From: Candidatus Yonathbacteria bacterium RIFCSPHIGHO2_01_FULL_51_10
GTDB taxonomy: Bacteria > Patescibacteriota > Minisyncoccia > Phycocordibacterales > UBA1539_B
NCBI GenBank assembly: GCA_001823505.1
Contig: MHUS01000016.1
Span: 4,555 to 38,238 of the forward strand
Direction of reading: 5' to 3'
Length of the DNA: 33,684 bases
The notes beneath the pieces were generated by a model. It did no database searches. It worked only from the letters and a program-made list of their open reading frames with translations, and was not told where the DNA came from. This document shows, one piece after another, positions 7,815 through 16,615 of this stretch; position 1 is the first letter of the stretch, and each line of letters begins with the position of its first letter. Made by a program: the position numbers and the translations under genes.

Positions 7815-8762
7815 CTATTGAAACTCTGCAATGCAGATGTTGAACGCATTCACCTGCGCGTTGTATTGCGCAACGATCTCGCGTACTTTTACCACCAGAG
7901 CATTATAATCACGCACGATCGCATTGTATTCTTGTACTTTTGTGTTATGCGTGGAGTCTCCGGGAGGCAATGCATCAAGCTCTTGTTTTCGTGAAGTTAG
8001 CTCCGCCTCAACCACGGCAAGCTGCGCCTTGCTTGTTTGGATCACGGCAGCAAGCTCTGTGTTTACCTCGGGGCAATCAGAACGCGGCGTACCAAACTCC
8101 TGCACTCCAACCCACACCGTACGACCCTCGTACGTGCCTTGCTTCACCGCAACACCGATCTCGCGATAGTGTGTGTTCAAGATATTTGCGCGATGACCGG
8201 GGCTTGCCATCCATGCGTCAATGATCTCTTGATCGCTCGCAAACCCGCCAAGCGCGAGGTTTTCCCCCTCAATGATATATTCATACCCCGCGGAGGTTGC
8301 CAGATCGCCAGGTCCAACTCCCGACGGCGACACGTGCTCAAAGTACTGCTTCGCAAAAATATCATCTGCCTTTGCCAACGCCGCTGCATTAAGTTTTGTG
8401 TTTTCAGTCAGTATTTCGGCGCCAATTTTCGCTCGCTCGTTATTGGTAAGTGTAATGACTCCCGATCGAGTGAGCGCGGTGGAAGGAGACGAAGAAACTG
8501 CAGTTTTGGCGCGAAGAGGCCCCGGGGTGGTAACAGCATTGAGTGCTTGTTTCGCTGAATTGATAACTCCCACTGGCGTCGTACTTGCGACATCACTCAC
8601 ATCACTGATCTTTTGAAGCACATCTCCCCCGGAAGAAACAATGCGGTTGAAAAATGAGGTCACGGTCGCCGTGCATGCGCCATCACGGCACCATAGTGCA
8701 CCGCCAAGAATAATTCCTGCAAAAAGCCCCACAAACAAAATTCGTGTAATTGACCACTTCAT
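7815..8762 (-). CDS. CAP/SCP (YkwD-like) domain protein with N-terminal anchor and C-terminal coiled coil
   Basis: TNNER, AKADD..YFEHVSP, GENLA, WMASPGHRANIL and VQEFG motifs. Start reassigned to MKWSI to avoid overlap with the upstream gene. Confidence 0.92.
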   Translation of the reverse strand: MKWSITRILFVGLFAGIILGGALWCRDGACTATVTSFFNRIVSSGGDVLQKISDVSDVASTTPVGVINSAKQALNAVTTPGPLRAKTAVSSSPSTALTRSGVITLTNNERAKIGAEILTENTKLNAAALAKADDIFAKQYFEHVSPSGVGPGDLATSAGYEYIIEGENLALGGFASDQEIIDAWMASPGHRANILNTHYREIGVAVKQGTYEGRTVWVGVQEFGTPRSDCPEVNTELAAVIQTSKAQLAVVEAELTSRKQELDALPPGDSTHNTKVQEYNAIVRDYNALVVKVREIVAQYNAQVNAFNICIAEFQ

Positions 8763-8766
8763 AATA

Positions 8767-9543
8767 TTATGCGCGCAAGCGCCAACCCTTATGGAATAAA
8801 TATCCGACAAGCGCCGCAAGCAACGCTATGATCGCAAAGATGATGAAAACTCCCAGAACGGTGTTGCCCTCACGAACCCCGGTCATTGAGTACCGCGTTC
8901 CATCAACAAAATAAAAGAAGGGGTTTATGCGGGCAAACACCTGCAGCGCCGGCGGGTACATCGCGATCGAGTTAAACACCCCTCCCAAGAACGAAAGGGG
9001 CATGAGAATGAACGCGTTGGGTGCGGCAATTTGCTCAAATGACTTCGCCCACAGCCCGGCAAGTACCCCCAAAAGTGCAAAGAGCGTGGAGATCGTGACA
9101 GTATAGAAAAAGAACCACCAAAGATGCGCAAACCCGGCAGCCCCGAATAAAACACCGATGACAAGAACACCGGCTCCCACCACCACGCCGCGCATGATCC
9201 CTCCCAGTGTGTACCCTATGATCATTTCAAAATGCGAGAGAGGCGTAACAAGGATCTCCTCAATAGCACGGGTGAACCGATGGAAGTACAGCGAGGAAGA
9301 CGTCTGCGCAAATGCGGCACCAATGACGCTCATCATGAGAACGCCGGGAAGCACGAAGTTGATGTACGGAATACCGCCAATGTTCTGGACGGTCTTGCCC
9401 AACACTTGGCCGAAAATAAAAATATAAAAGAGGGCGCTCAAAAGCGGCGTGATGATCGTCTGCACCGGGACACGAAAACAGCGTTGCATCTCACGCGCAA
9501 CGAATGTCTGTAGCCCTATCCAATTGATGCTCGTTGATTTCAT
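8767..9543 (-). CDS. ABC-2 type exporter permease (YadH-like)
   Basis: Multiple TM segments with YINFVLPG, IEEILVTPLS, PLSFLGGVF and NPFFYFVDGTRY. Confidence 0.92.
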   Translation of the reverse strand: MKSTSINWIGLQTFVAREMQRCFRVPVQTIITPLLSALFYIFIFGQVLGKTVQNIGGIPYINFVLPGVLMMSVIGAAFAQTSSSLYFHRFTRAIEEILVTPLSHFEMIIGYTLGGIMRGVVVGAGVLVIGVLFGAAGFAHLWWFFFYTVTISTLFALLGVLAGLWAKSFEQIAAPNAFILMPLSFLGGVFNSIAMYPPALQVFARINPFFYFVDGTRYSMTGVREGNTVLGVFIIFAIIALLAALVGYLFHKGWRLRA

Positions 9544-10289
9544 TTTGTAGTTTTGTTATCAACATCATCGCGCGTGAGCTCCAAATACCGGTGCTCTAAG
9601 CGCTTCCCTCCGCTGGTAAATTCACTTTTATCACCAATGGCGACCAGCTTGCCCTTGTTGATGATCGCAATGCGGCTGCAAAGAAGCTCCACCTCTTCCA
9701 GATAGTGCGAGGTGAGGATGATCGTCTTGCCGGCCTCATTCAGTTCTTGGAGATACCCCCAGAGTTCGTGCCGAAGCTCCACATCCACCCCCGCCGTCGG
9801 CTCGTCAAGGATCAAAAGCTCCGGATCATGAACCATCGCGCGGGCAAGAAGTACGCGCCGTTTGAGCCCGCCGGAGAGCATGCCGAATTCTTTTTCAGCA
9901 TGCGACTCAAGGTCAAAGCGCTTGAGGAGCTCATTGATACGCGGTTCGCGGATCGTACGCGACATGCCATAAAACCCACCCATGAAGTGGAGGATCTTAC
10001 GCGGTGACGCAAAGATGTCGATGTTGAATTCTTGAGGGGCAAGGCCGACCAATTTGCGCGCATTGCGGTAATCTTTGACCACATCAACGCCAAACACGTT
10101 GATCGCACCCTCATCAAAACGTGCGATCCCCGTGATCGCGTTGATTGTTGTGCTCTTTCCTGCGCCATTCTTACCGAGGAAGCCAAAGAACTCTCCTTTT
10201 TTAATAGAAAGTGACAAGTCATCCACGGCAATGTTTAGCCCGTAGCGCTTAGTAAGGTGACTGATCTCGAGTGCGTTCATGGGGGACAT
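9540..10289 (-). CDS. ABC-2 exporter ATP-binding protein (YadG-like)
   Basis: Walker A GKNGAGKST, signature LSGG, Walker B LLILDEP, H-loop TSH; ATGA overlap with the permease. The start is 10289 or 10280. Confidence 0.95.
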   Translation of the reverse strand: MSPMNALEISHLTKRYGLNIAVDDLSLSIKKGEFFGFLGKNGAGKSTTINAITGIARFDEGAINVFGVDVVKDYRNARKLVGLAPQEFNIDIFASPRKILHFMGGFYGMSRTIREPRINELLKRFDLESHAEKEFGMLSGGLKRRVLLARAMVHDPELLILDEPTAGVDVELRHELWGYLQELNEAGKTIILTSHYLEEVELLCSRIAIINKGKLVAIGDKSEFTSGGKRLEHRYLELTRDDVDNKTTK

Positions 10290-10310
10290 TGTAGCATATT
10301 CTAACAAAGT

Positions 10311-10345
10311 TGGCCGCCGAATGTCCGTAGAACATTCGGCGGCCA
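10311..10345. terminator. 14-bp hairpin, probable terminator of the small upstream ORF
   Basis: TGGCCGCCGAATGT-CCGTAGA-ACATTCGGCGGCCA. Confidence 0.6.
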
Positions 10346-10349
10346 TTGA

Positions 10350-10553
10350 TCACACGAGCTGACCTGCGTAGCATTCAAGCAATACCTTCTTTTCACCGTT
10401 GATCAAAAAGACCCGGGCCAAAACCCCCGTCTCACAACGCGCCGTACTCTTGTATTCCTGAGCCATTTCACGAACCTGCTTACTCTCAGCATCAGACAAT
10501 TCGAGTGGCGGTGCGACCCACAACAGAAGGGTAAACGTAGCGGCTGTAAGCAT
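10350..10553 (-). CDS. Small orphan protein with hydrophobic N-terminus and two Cys
   Basis: SD GGGGAGG 6 nt before ATG 10553, followed by a hairpin after the stop. Confidence 0.5.
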   Translation of the reverse strand: MLTAATFTLLLWVAPPLELSDAESKQVREMAQEYKSTARCETGVLARVFLINGEKKVLLECYAGQLV

Positions 10554-10648
10554 AGCATACCTCCCCATTCAAATGATACGAGTAACCCAAAGAAAATAGT
10601 ACCGCCCATGGCAAGAAAAAACAAGCCAACGCATGGTACCATACCCCC

Positions 10649-11221
10649 ATGTCAAAAGCCGAGCAACTCGCGGAGATAAATACTCGCTGGACGCGCAACT
10701 GCACGTGCGCGCTCCGCAATACCGCGACACAAGCCGTGCCGGGCGATGGTAACCCCAATGCCGATATCGTGTTCATCGGTGAGGCTCCTGGTAAGTCAGA
10801 AGATGCCGTAGGCAAGCCCTTCGTCGGCGCTGCGGGGAAATTTTTAAATGAGATGCTCTCCGAGGTCAATATGAAGCGCGAGGATGTGTACATCACGAAC
10901 ATCGTGAAGTATCGCCCTCCGAATAATCGTGACCCCTTGCCCGAAGAAGTCGCGGCGTGCTCTCCGTGGCTCCTTGAGCAACTACAAACCATCAATCCAA
11001 AACTCATCGTCTTTCTTGGCCGTCACGCACTTAATCGGTTTTTTCCTAAAGCGAAGATCGGTGAAGTGCACGGGGAAATGCTACAACAAAACATCGACGG
11101 CATCCCTGCAAAAAATTTCCTCCCACTATACCACCCCGCCGCCGCACTCTATAACGGTTCTCTTCGCGCCGTCCTTCTTGAGGATTTCAAAAAGATCCCG
11201 CGGATGCTTGCGGTAAATTAA
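10649..11221 (+). CDS. udg: Uracil-DNA glycosylase, family 4
   Basis: GEAPG, PFVGAAG, NIVKYRPPNNR and YHPAA motifs. Confidence 0.95.
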   Translation: MSKAEQLAEINTRWTRNCTCALRNTATQAVPGDGNPNADIVFIGEAPGKSEDAVGKPFVGAAGKFLNEMLSEVNMKREDVYITNIVKYRPPNNRDPLPEEVAACSPWLLEQLQTINPKLIVFLGRHALNRFFPKAKIGEVHGEMLQQNIDGIPAKNFLPLYHPAAALYNGSLRAVLLEDFKKIPRMLAVN

Positions 11222-11222
11222 C

Positions 11223-11259
11223 AACAAAAAAGCCGGGTTAATAACCCGGCTTTTTTGTT
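11223..11259. terminator. Bidirectional intrinsic terminator between convergent genes
   Basis: AACAAAAAAGCCGGGTTA-A-TAACCCGGCTTTTTTGTT. Confidence 0.9.
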
Positions 11260-11272
11260 TGAGAACTAGATC

Positions 11273-12364
11273 TTATAGTCCGATATTGATCTGCCCCTCG
11301 GCATCCACCTGAATTCCACCCCCTCTTTCTTCCCCCTGCCCATTATTGGATCCGCTATTGCCCTTATCTTCATTTGATTGGTCGTCAGATCCTTTAACAC
11401 GCAGACTGCCGTTTACCGTAGTTGAGGCATTGCTGTTGTCGTTGTCGTCGTCTTCTCCTTCGTCATTCCCATGCGACCGCTGAACAGAACCGGTGGTTGT
11501 ACCCATGAACCCAATGCTCAGAGAATCTTCCTGACCGCTTTCATCTTCATCATCTTCTATTTTGATCTTAAGATCGCCTTCCGCATCACCCAAATGCTTC
11601 GCTTCCTGTGCGAGGCGCAGAGCATTTTGATACGCGATAAAGGCCTCACTGTATAAGCCCGCTGTGGCTTTGGTGTCTCCAAGCACGATCGCGTCTTGCG
11701 CGGCTTTTACCTGCACCGCAACCGCAGAGGTAGATGATGCCGTAACGTCAACCCCCTGACGCGAAAGATAGTTGGTTACCTCATCGATCTTGTGTTGTGC
11801 TGCTACGCGTTTGTTCGCAGACGCTTCCTGCATGCCTACGCCATTCATTGCAGCGATCTTGGCGCCAATTTCTTCATCAGTGCTTGAGGCAACCCCACTG
11901 GCATTATCAAGTCTAAGCGTAAAAGCTGCGAGTGCACCATGGTCATCCTCACCACTGTTTGATGCGTCGATGTCGCCGAGGATCTTGTGGTGCGCCTCTA
12001 TGGTCGCCCCCATCTCCGCATTGAGATTCGCCGCCGCAATGCTATTTCCTAAATTTATTTTTGTAATTCGTTTTTGCGCTTCATTGATATGTTGATCAAG
12101 AAGCTCGTTGATCGTTGCCTGTGTCGTTGAGCTCAGACGTCCATTAACCACAAGCTTTTCCGCCTCGCTCAAACGCCGGTCAGTAAACTTAATGTTCAAC
12201 TCCGCTTGTCCTTGGTCCGTAACCGTGAGCAAATTTTCGACTGCTTCATTCACGTTAACCTTGACCGAATAGAGCGCCTCACCGGGGAGTGACCCTTGCG
12301 CGGCGACAGAAACCCCTCCTCCCCCCAGCCCGACGATCAGCGCGATAATAAGTCCAAGTGGCAT
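11273..12364 (-). CDS. DUF5667-type membrane-anchored helical protein with acidic low-complexity tail
   Basis: SLPGEALYSVKVNVNE...RRLSEAEKL motif after a TM/signal segment. Confidence 0.8.
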   Translation of the reverse strand: MPLGLIIALIVGLGGGGVSVAAQGSLPGEALYSVKVNVNEAVENLLTVTDQGQAELNIKFTDRRLSEAEKLVVNGRLSSTTQATINELLDQHINEAQKRITKINLGNSIAAANLNAEMGATIEAHHKILGDIDASNSGEDDHGALAAFTLRLDNASGVASSTDEEIGAKIAAMNGVGMQEASANKRVAAQHKIDEVTNYLSRQGVDVTASSTSAVAVQVKAAQDAIVLGDTKATAGLYSEAFIAYQNALRLAQEAKHLGDAEGDLKIKIEDDEDESGQEDSLSIGFMGTTTGSVQRSHGNDEGEDDDNDNSNASTTVNGSLRVKGSDDQSNEDKGNSGSNNGQGEERGGGIQVDAEGQINIGL

Positions 12365-12402
12365 AGTTTAAAAAATTATTGCTTGATAATACACACTCCT
12401 CG

Positions 12403-12430
12403 AAGACGCAGGAACACCTCATCTCTTACA
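12403..12430 (-). promoter_or_regulatory. Putative ECF-sigma promoter (copy 1)
   Basis: TGTAAG-N16-CGTCTT, 38 nt upstream of ATG 12364. Confidence 0.7.
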
Positions 12431-12471
12431 CTCTTATATCTTCCCATGTAATGAAGATCTCGGCAACGACA

Positions 12472-13491
12472 CTACAGACCGAAACTTTTCATGCTATGCA
12501 TAATGACATAGCCCACAAGAGCCCCCACTACAAGCAACGGTATCGCGATAAAGAGATTGAGCGCACCCCGAGGATGATCGGTCCTCGTACTCACCTCAAG
12601 GCGCGACTCACGAAGCGAGGTGTACAATGCGTAACCGTATGCGAACATATAAATATTCACCGTCGTCGTAACGATAAGAGAGACCGCTTGCGCAACAATA
12701 AGAGCATTGGGAGAAACAATGATTTTAACAATGGTACTCATTGCCGCATTGACAGCGAAGACCACTGCCATAGCCGCCAGCATCCGTCCAAAAACCGCCC
12801 ACCAACGCCCGGCCACATACGCCTTGCTCTTGGCGAGAGCATAGATCCCCCGATCTCCCTCAACCACCACCACAAAACGCGCGGCGACAAGCCAAATGCC
12901 CACGATAATTCCCGGGATGATCGCAAGGAAGATGCCGCCCAAAACCGCGAAGGCCGAGAGAATACTCACCCAAAACAACGCCGGAATTTTACTCCATCCA
13001 TATCGGTAGGAACCAAAAACGCCATTGTCCGCCATATCATCCCGCACAGCATAGAGCATCGCCGCACCAATCCACAAAGCGATGATGATCAAAACAACTG
13101 CTCCAATGCCCACCAAGGCAAGAAGTTGTTTTGTGACAAAACTCCATGCGGCAATTTGAAAAATGGTGACTACCCCGAAGGCGAACGCTGCTGCAAAAAG
13201 AATCGCCAAGGGAATGCCCCCCAACACGAGGACGCCGAAGAGCACCCACCCTCGTTTTTTAAAGATCTCCCATGCGCGCGAAAACAGCTCATGAACACTC
13301 GCGAGGGATCCTCCATGAGTAAGATTCGTAGCGGTGGACGCCATGCGTGAGTCGATACCCGCCGCATGAAATGCCGTATCAATATCGGCAAGCGGCCATC
13401 CCTGAGCCAAGAGCGAACTTCGCACATCCCCGGATGCCACACCGCGCGCAAGCTCACTCTTTACATATTCAACAAGTTCGGGATTTGGCAT
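12472..13491 (-). CDS. Polytopic membrane protein (DUF975/GDPD-membrane-domain-like) with small N-terminal helical domain
   Basis: N-terminal ELVEYVKSELARG...LLAQGW, about 7 TM segments, IIPGIIVGIW and ALAKSKAYVAGRWWAVFGR. Confidence 0.75.
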   Translation of the reverse strand: MPNPELVEYVKSELARGVASGDVRSSLLAQGWPLADIDTAFHAAGIDSRMASTATNLTHGGSLASVHELFSRAWEIFKKRGWVLFGVLVLGGIPLAILFAAAFAFGVVTIFQIAAWSFVTKQLLALVGIGAVVLIIIALWIGAAMLYAVRDDMADNGVFGSYRYGWSKIPALFWVSILSAFAVLGGIFLAIIPGIIVGIWLVAARFVVVVEGDRGIYALAKSKAYVAGRWWAVFGRMLAAMAVVFAVNAAMSTIVKIIVSPNALIVAQAVSLIVTTTVNIYMFAYGYALYTSLRESRLEVSTRTDHPRGALNLFIAIPLLVVGALVGYVIMHSMKSFGL

Positions 13492-13520
13492 ATATTTGTA
13501 GTATATATTGCTATACCCTA

Positions 13521-14747
13521 TTATCGCAGTAAATTACTGATTGGTGCAAAGAAGTTATCCCCAGAGCTATTTTTGTGTTGCGACTCCTCCTGATCTTCAT
13601 CCGTCTCTTTTGTGTCCGCAGGAATGGGCGTGGGCTCAGAGTTGCTGGTTGAAGTTCCCGTTTCTGTGCCGCCCTCAAGGGACGGCGCGGATGGTATCTC
13701 GGTCGGCGGCGCTGGTGTCGAGGTTTCGATCACTGAAGAGAGCTCCTCCTCATCGTCTTCTTCGTCGAGGGCGGGCACTCCGACACGAACGTTGAATTTA
13801 TGTTCGAGCTTCTTGATGTTCTGCGCTTCTTTGGTGAACTTCACCCCTTCCGTAAAAGAGCGCAGTGCCTCACTATACTTCCCCTCCTTTAACTGCTGCT
13901 CGCCTTCGCTCACCTTCCCTGTTGCCGACGTTAATGCGCGCACAGCCGCAGAATCCTCACCGGAAGAAGCATCCTCAGAGACAACCGCTTGAGCCGCTAT
14001 GATACCGGCTGCTGCCTGCGCTTTTTTCTCTTCCGCATTTTTTTGTATGACACCGTCATCCGACACTTCTTCGCTGTGTCCATTCTGTTCTTGACCAGAC
14101 ACCATCGCAAAGACGTTGAGTGTCGTCCGGGCACTTACCGCCGCCGCGAGCTGCACAACATTCTCTCGCTCATCATTCTCAGGAGCTTGTTGTGCGATCG
14201 CGGACAAAACCTGCCCATGAGCGCTGAGTGTTGCTTCCATGTCGGAAATAATCTGGCTACTGTCGGCAACCTCACCCTCTGCCTTAATTGAGGCCATGTA
14301 TGATTCCACATTGCCGACATGTTCGTTCATTCCCGCCTCAAGCGATATCTTTGTTTCTGTGGTAAGACGCCCCTCCACGGCAAGTTGTTCTGCCTCCTGA
14401 AGACGACGGTCCACCAAATCAACCTCAACCACCGCCTTAGTGTAGGACGTTTGTGCGAGAGCAATACGGACAGGTTCATTGATTGAGACCTTGATCGGAT
14501 AAAGTATATCGCCCGGTAATGCCCCCTCAGCGGCATACGACACCGTGCTTCCAATGAGAAGCGCACTGATAACGCTCCCTGCGGCAAGCACGCGAGAACG
14601 AACACTCAGGTCAAACAAAGAGCCCCGAGTGCTATGCATTAACACTCCCGTTCGACGCACAATAACAGCACGCATTGCGCGCTTTTCATTCGCAGTGAGT
14701 CGAACTGAACGCATCATATAAAAAATGTTTTGAAAATCGTTATTCAT
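13521..14747 (-). CDS. DUF5667-type protein, candidate anti-sigma factor
   Basis: Overlaps the sigma stop by 8 nt. Short cytoplasmic N-terminus, one TM, ALPGDILYPIKVSINE...RRLQEAEQL, acidic/PT-rich tail. Confidence 0.8.
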   Translation of the reverse strand: MNNDFQNIFYMMRSVRLTANEKRAMRAVIVRRTGVLMHSTRGSLFDLSVRSRVLAAGSVISALLIGSTVSYAAEGALPGDILYPIKVSINEPVRIALAQTSYTKAVVEVDLVDRRLQEAEQLAVEGRLTTETKISLEAGMNEHVGNVESYMASIKAEGEVADSSQIISDMEATLSAHGQVLSAIAQQAPENDERENVVQLAAAVSARTTLNVFAMVSGQEQNGHSEEVSDDGVIQKNAEEKKAQAAAGIIAAQAVVSEDASSGEDSAAVRALTSATGKVSEGEQQLKEGKYSEALRSFTEGVKFTKEAQNIKKLEHKFNVRVGVPALDEEDDEEELSSVIETSTPAPPTEIPSAPSLEGGTETGTSTSNSEPTPIPADTKETDEDQEESQHKNSSGDNFFAPISNLLR

Positions 14748-15267
14748 TTGTTCTTAGTAATTTCCGAAGCTCATTGATCCCGCGGTGAAGTCGCACTGAC
14801 ACCGCATTTTCTGTTTCTTTGGTAAGTGCGGCGATGTCCTTCACACTCATGTCATCAATATACCGCAACACGAGGGCTTCGCGTACATGATCGGGAAGTT
14901 TCTCCATAGCATGTTCCACCTCCGTCATCTCAACCGCGCGAATAATTCCCTCATGTGCTCTCGTATCTTCCGTATCAAACCCATCCTCCTCACGAAGGAG
15001 GTCGAGGGAAAGCCCGTGTTTCCTGCGGCCGCGATACTCGTCAATGATCAAATTCCGCGCGACCCGATACAAGAGTGCCTGCATGTTTTCCACCTCGTCC
15101 TCAGCGTGTTTTTGTAAATACTCCCATACCCGCACAAACACCTCTTGCGACAGCTCCTTTGCCCGCTCGCGGTCATTCACACGGAAAAAGCAGTGCCGAA
15201 AGATAGCATCCGCATACTCGTCGTAGGCAGAAAGAAAGACCTGTTCCATGTGCTTTGGGGTACTCAT
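14740..15267 (-). CDS. ECF (sigma70 group 4) RNA polymerase sigma factor
   Basis: Region 2 AKELSQEVFVRVW...LYRVARNLIIDEYR and region 4 LPDHVREALVLRY..MSVKDIA...VSVRLHRG. The start is 15267 or 15249. Confidence 0.95.
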   Translation of the reverse strand: MSTPKHMEQVFLSAYDEYADAIFRHCFFRVNDRERAKELSQEVFVRVWEYLQKHAEDEVENMQALLYRVARNLIIDEYRGRRKHGLSLDLLREEDGFDTEDTRAHEGIIRAVEMTEVEHAMEKLPDHVREALVLRYIDDMSVKDIAALTKETENAVSVRLHRGINELRKLLRTNE

Positions 15268-15272
15268 ACAAT

Positions 15273-15300
15273 AAGACGTGGAGAAACTCAAAGTATTACA
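15273..15300 (-). promoter_or_regulatory. Putative autoregulatory ECF promoter (copy 2)
   Basis: TGTAAT-N16-CGTCTT, 5 nt upstream of ATG 15267. Confidence 0.72.
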
Positions 15301-15383
15301 AAGGGGGCTATTATGCAAGCCCTGTAGCAAAAACCTCATTGCTTTCTACTGCGGGGCCTGCTCGATGTATACAAGAGAGGTCG

Positions 15384-16325
15384 TTACGCACGCGTACGAT
15401 TCGCCATCACCGATTTATTGAAAAAATATCCTATGATAAGTATTGCGGCTACGGGAGAAAGCCATGATGGGACGTGCACCCCGAATGCTTCAAGCATCAT
15501 AATGCTACCCAGAAATCCTATAGAATACATAGCGCCATTTTTGAGATACTTATATGACCGGATCCGATCAATATTGTGTACGGTGAGTTGTCGTAGGACG
15601 ATCGCGCCAATACCGTTGCCGATCAAAATAAGCGGCACAATAGTGGTGAAGGCAAATGCACCAACGACACCGTCAATGCTGAACGTAAGGTCAAGCACCT
15701 CAAGAAATGCGACTTTCGCCCAGTCGGACATAGCGCTCGTCTCTCCGTCCGCGATGAGGCGTTCCTCCATTTTTGCGGCGTTTTCCTTGAACCCCTCAGT
15801 AACGAAGAAAGCTCCGAAGCCGATCGCCGCCGCAAGCGCAAGTGGCATTGCTTGTTCTCCCGCGCCATTGTTAAGTGCCATCATCACCCCAATAAGAAGT
15901 AGTGCAGCAACTGAATAGAACCAGACTGCGCCAAACCGCAGAATGGGGCGTTCCAGAGGAAGTCCGAACTCCTTGTCTTCGACAAAAAGCCAGTGAAGCG
16001 AAAGAAGGATCAGGAACATTCCCCCGGCAATCAAAATGAGTGGCGTCGAAGCGTGAATCGCAGCGGCCACACTTGGGTCACTCGACCACATTGCTTGGAA
16101 TGCACCAAAAACGCCTATGTTTGGATTCGCAAAAAAAACAATGAGCGACGGCAAAAGCCCGCGCACCACGAACACCGCAAAAAGAATCCCCCAAAACAAA
16201 AAGAACTTCCGGGCCTTCTCGCTTTTCATTGTCGCAAGCACGTCAGCATTCACGACTGCGTTGTCAATACTTGAGACAACCTCAAACACGATCAGGCCAA
16301 TAATAATCAGAATAAGTTCTATCAT
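15384..16325 (-). CDS. DUF475 / TerC-like integral membrane protein
   Basis: FEVVSSIDNAVVNA, FLEVLDLTFSIDGVVGAFA and YLKNGAMYSI. Start reassigned to MIELIL because the longer ORF overlaps tRNA-Val. Confidence 0.88.
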   Translation of the reverse strand: MIELILIIIGLIVFEVVSSIDNAVVNADVLATMKSEKARKFFLFWGILFAVFVVRGLLPSLIVFFANPNIGVFGAFQAMWSSDPSVAAAIHASTPLILIAGGMFLILLSLHWLFVEDKEFGLPLERPILRFGAVWFYSVAALLLIGVMMALNNGAGEQAMPLALAAAIGFGAFFVTEGFKENAAKMEERLIADGETSAMSDWAKVAFLEVLDLTFSIDGVVGAFAFTTIVPLILIGNGIGAIVLRQLTVHNIDRIRSYKYLKNGAMYSIGFLGSIMMLEAFGVHVPSWLSPVAAILIIGYFFNKSVMANRTRA

Positions 16326-16334
16326 ACGTTTTTG

Positions 16335-16408
16335 TGCACCCTGGAAGATTCGAACTTCCGACCCCTGCAATGTGAATGCAGTGCTCTAACCAGCTGAGCT
16401 AAGGGTGC
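16335..16408 (-). tRNA. tRNA-Val(CAC), CCA not encoded
   Basis: GCACCCT/AGGGTGC acceptor, CTGCA-TTCACAT-TGCAG anticodon arm, GGAAG-TTCGAAT-CTTCC T arm. Confidence 0.95.
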
Positions 16409-16423
16409 GTGGTATTTCTTTGT

Positions 16424-16536
16424 CTAACCAAAACAGCTAAGGGTGCAGTTTATATTTTTTCGCCTAACCAAAACAGCTAACGTTGCGGTACACCTTTCGC
16501 CTAACCAATCCGCCGGCTGGCGGAAGTTAAAGGTGT
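16424..16536. repeat. Three degenerate tandem copies (37-40 nt period) of the tRNA-Val 5' segment
   Basis: Plus strand CTAACCAAAACAGCTAAGGGTGC (16424), CTAACCAAAACAGCTAACGTTGC (16464) and CTAACCAA[TCCGCCGGCTGGCGGA]AGTTAAAGGTGT (16501), versus the tRNA's CTAACCAGCTGAGCTAAGGGTGC (16386). Confidence 0.8.
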
Positions 16537-16615
16537 GAACAAAAAAGAGTATACGGGAATTGGGCAATTTTATCCACTCAGCAAATCCTCCCAAGGACTC
16601 CCCTTGGAATTCTCC

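Noticed and set aside
9540..9543. Alternative genetic code (TGA = Gly, as in Gracilibacteria)
   Set aside because: TGA terminates genes at ATGA overlaps (9540, 24937), and conserved genes are intact under code 11.
11430..11470. GAC/AAC-rich stretch as a DGR template repeat
   Set aside because: It encodes the DDDNDNSN low-complexity tail of the DUF5667-type protein and does not align with the VR.
12379..13350. 323-aa plus-strand ORF
   Set aside because: Antisense shadow of the hydrophobic membrane-protein gene, with no recognisable motifs.
16326..16370. Longer N-terminus for the DUF475 gene (similarly the track's longer starts at 5257, 6766, 8819, 10346, 15339 and 28012)
   Set aside because: These extensions overlap a tRNA, promoters, terminators or neighbouring genes; downstream ATGs fit better.
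16386..16536. Possible CRISPR mini-array
   Set aside because: Repeats are degenerate and tRNA-derived, spacers are only 14-17 nt, and no cas operon is present.
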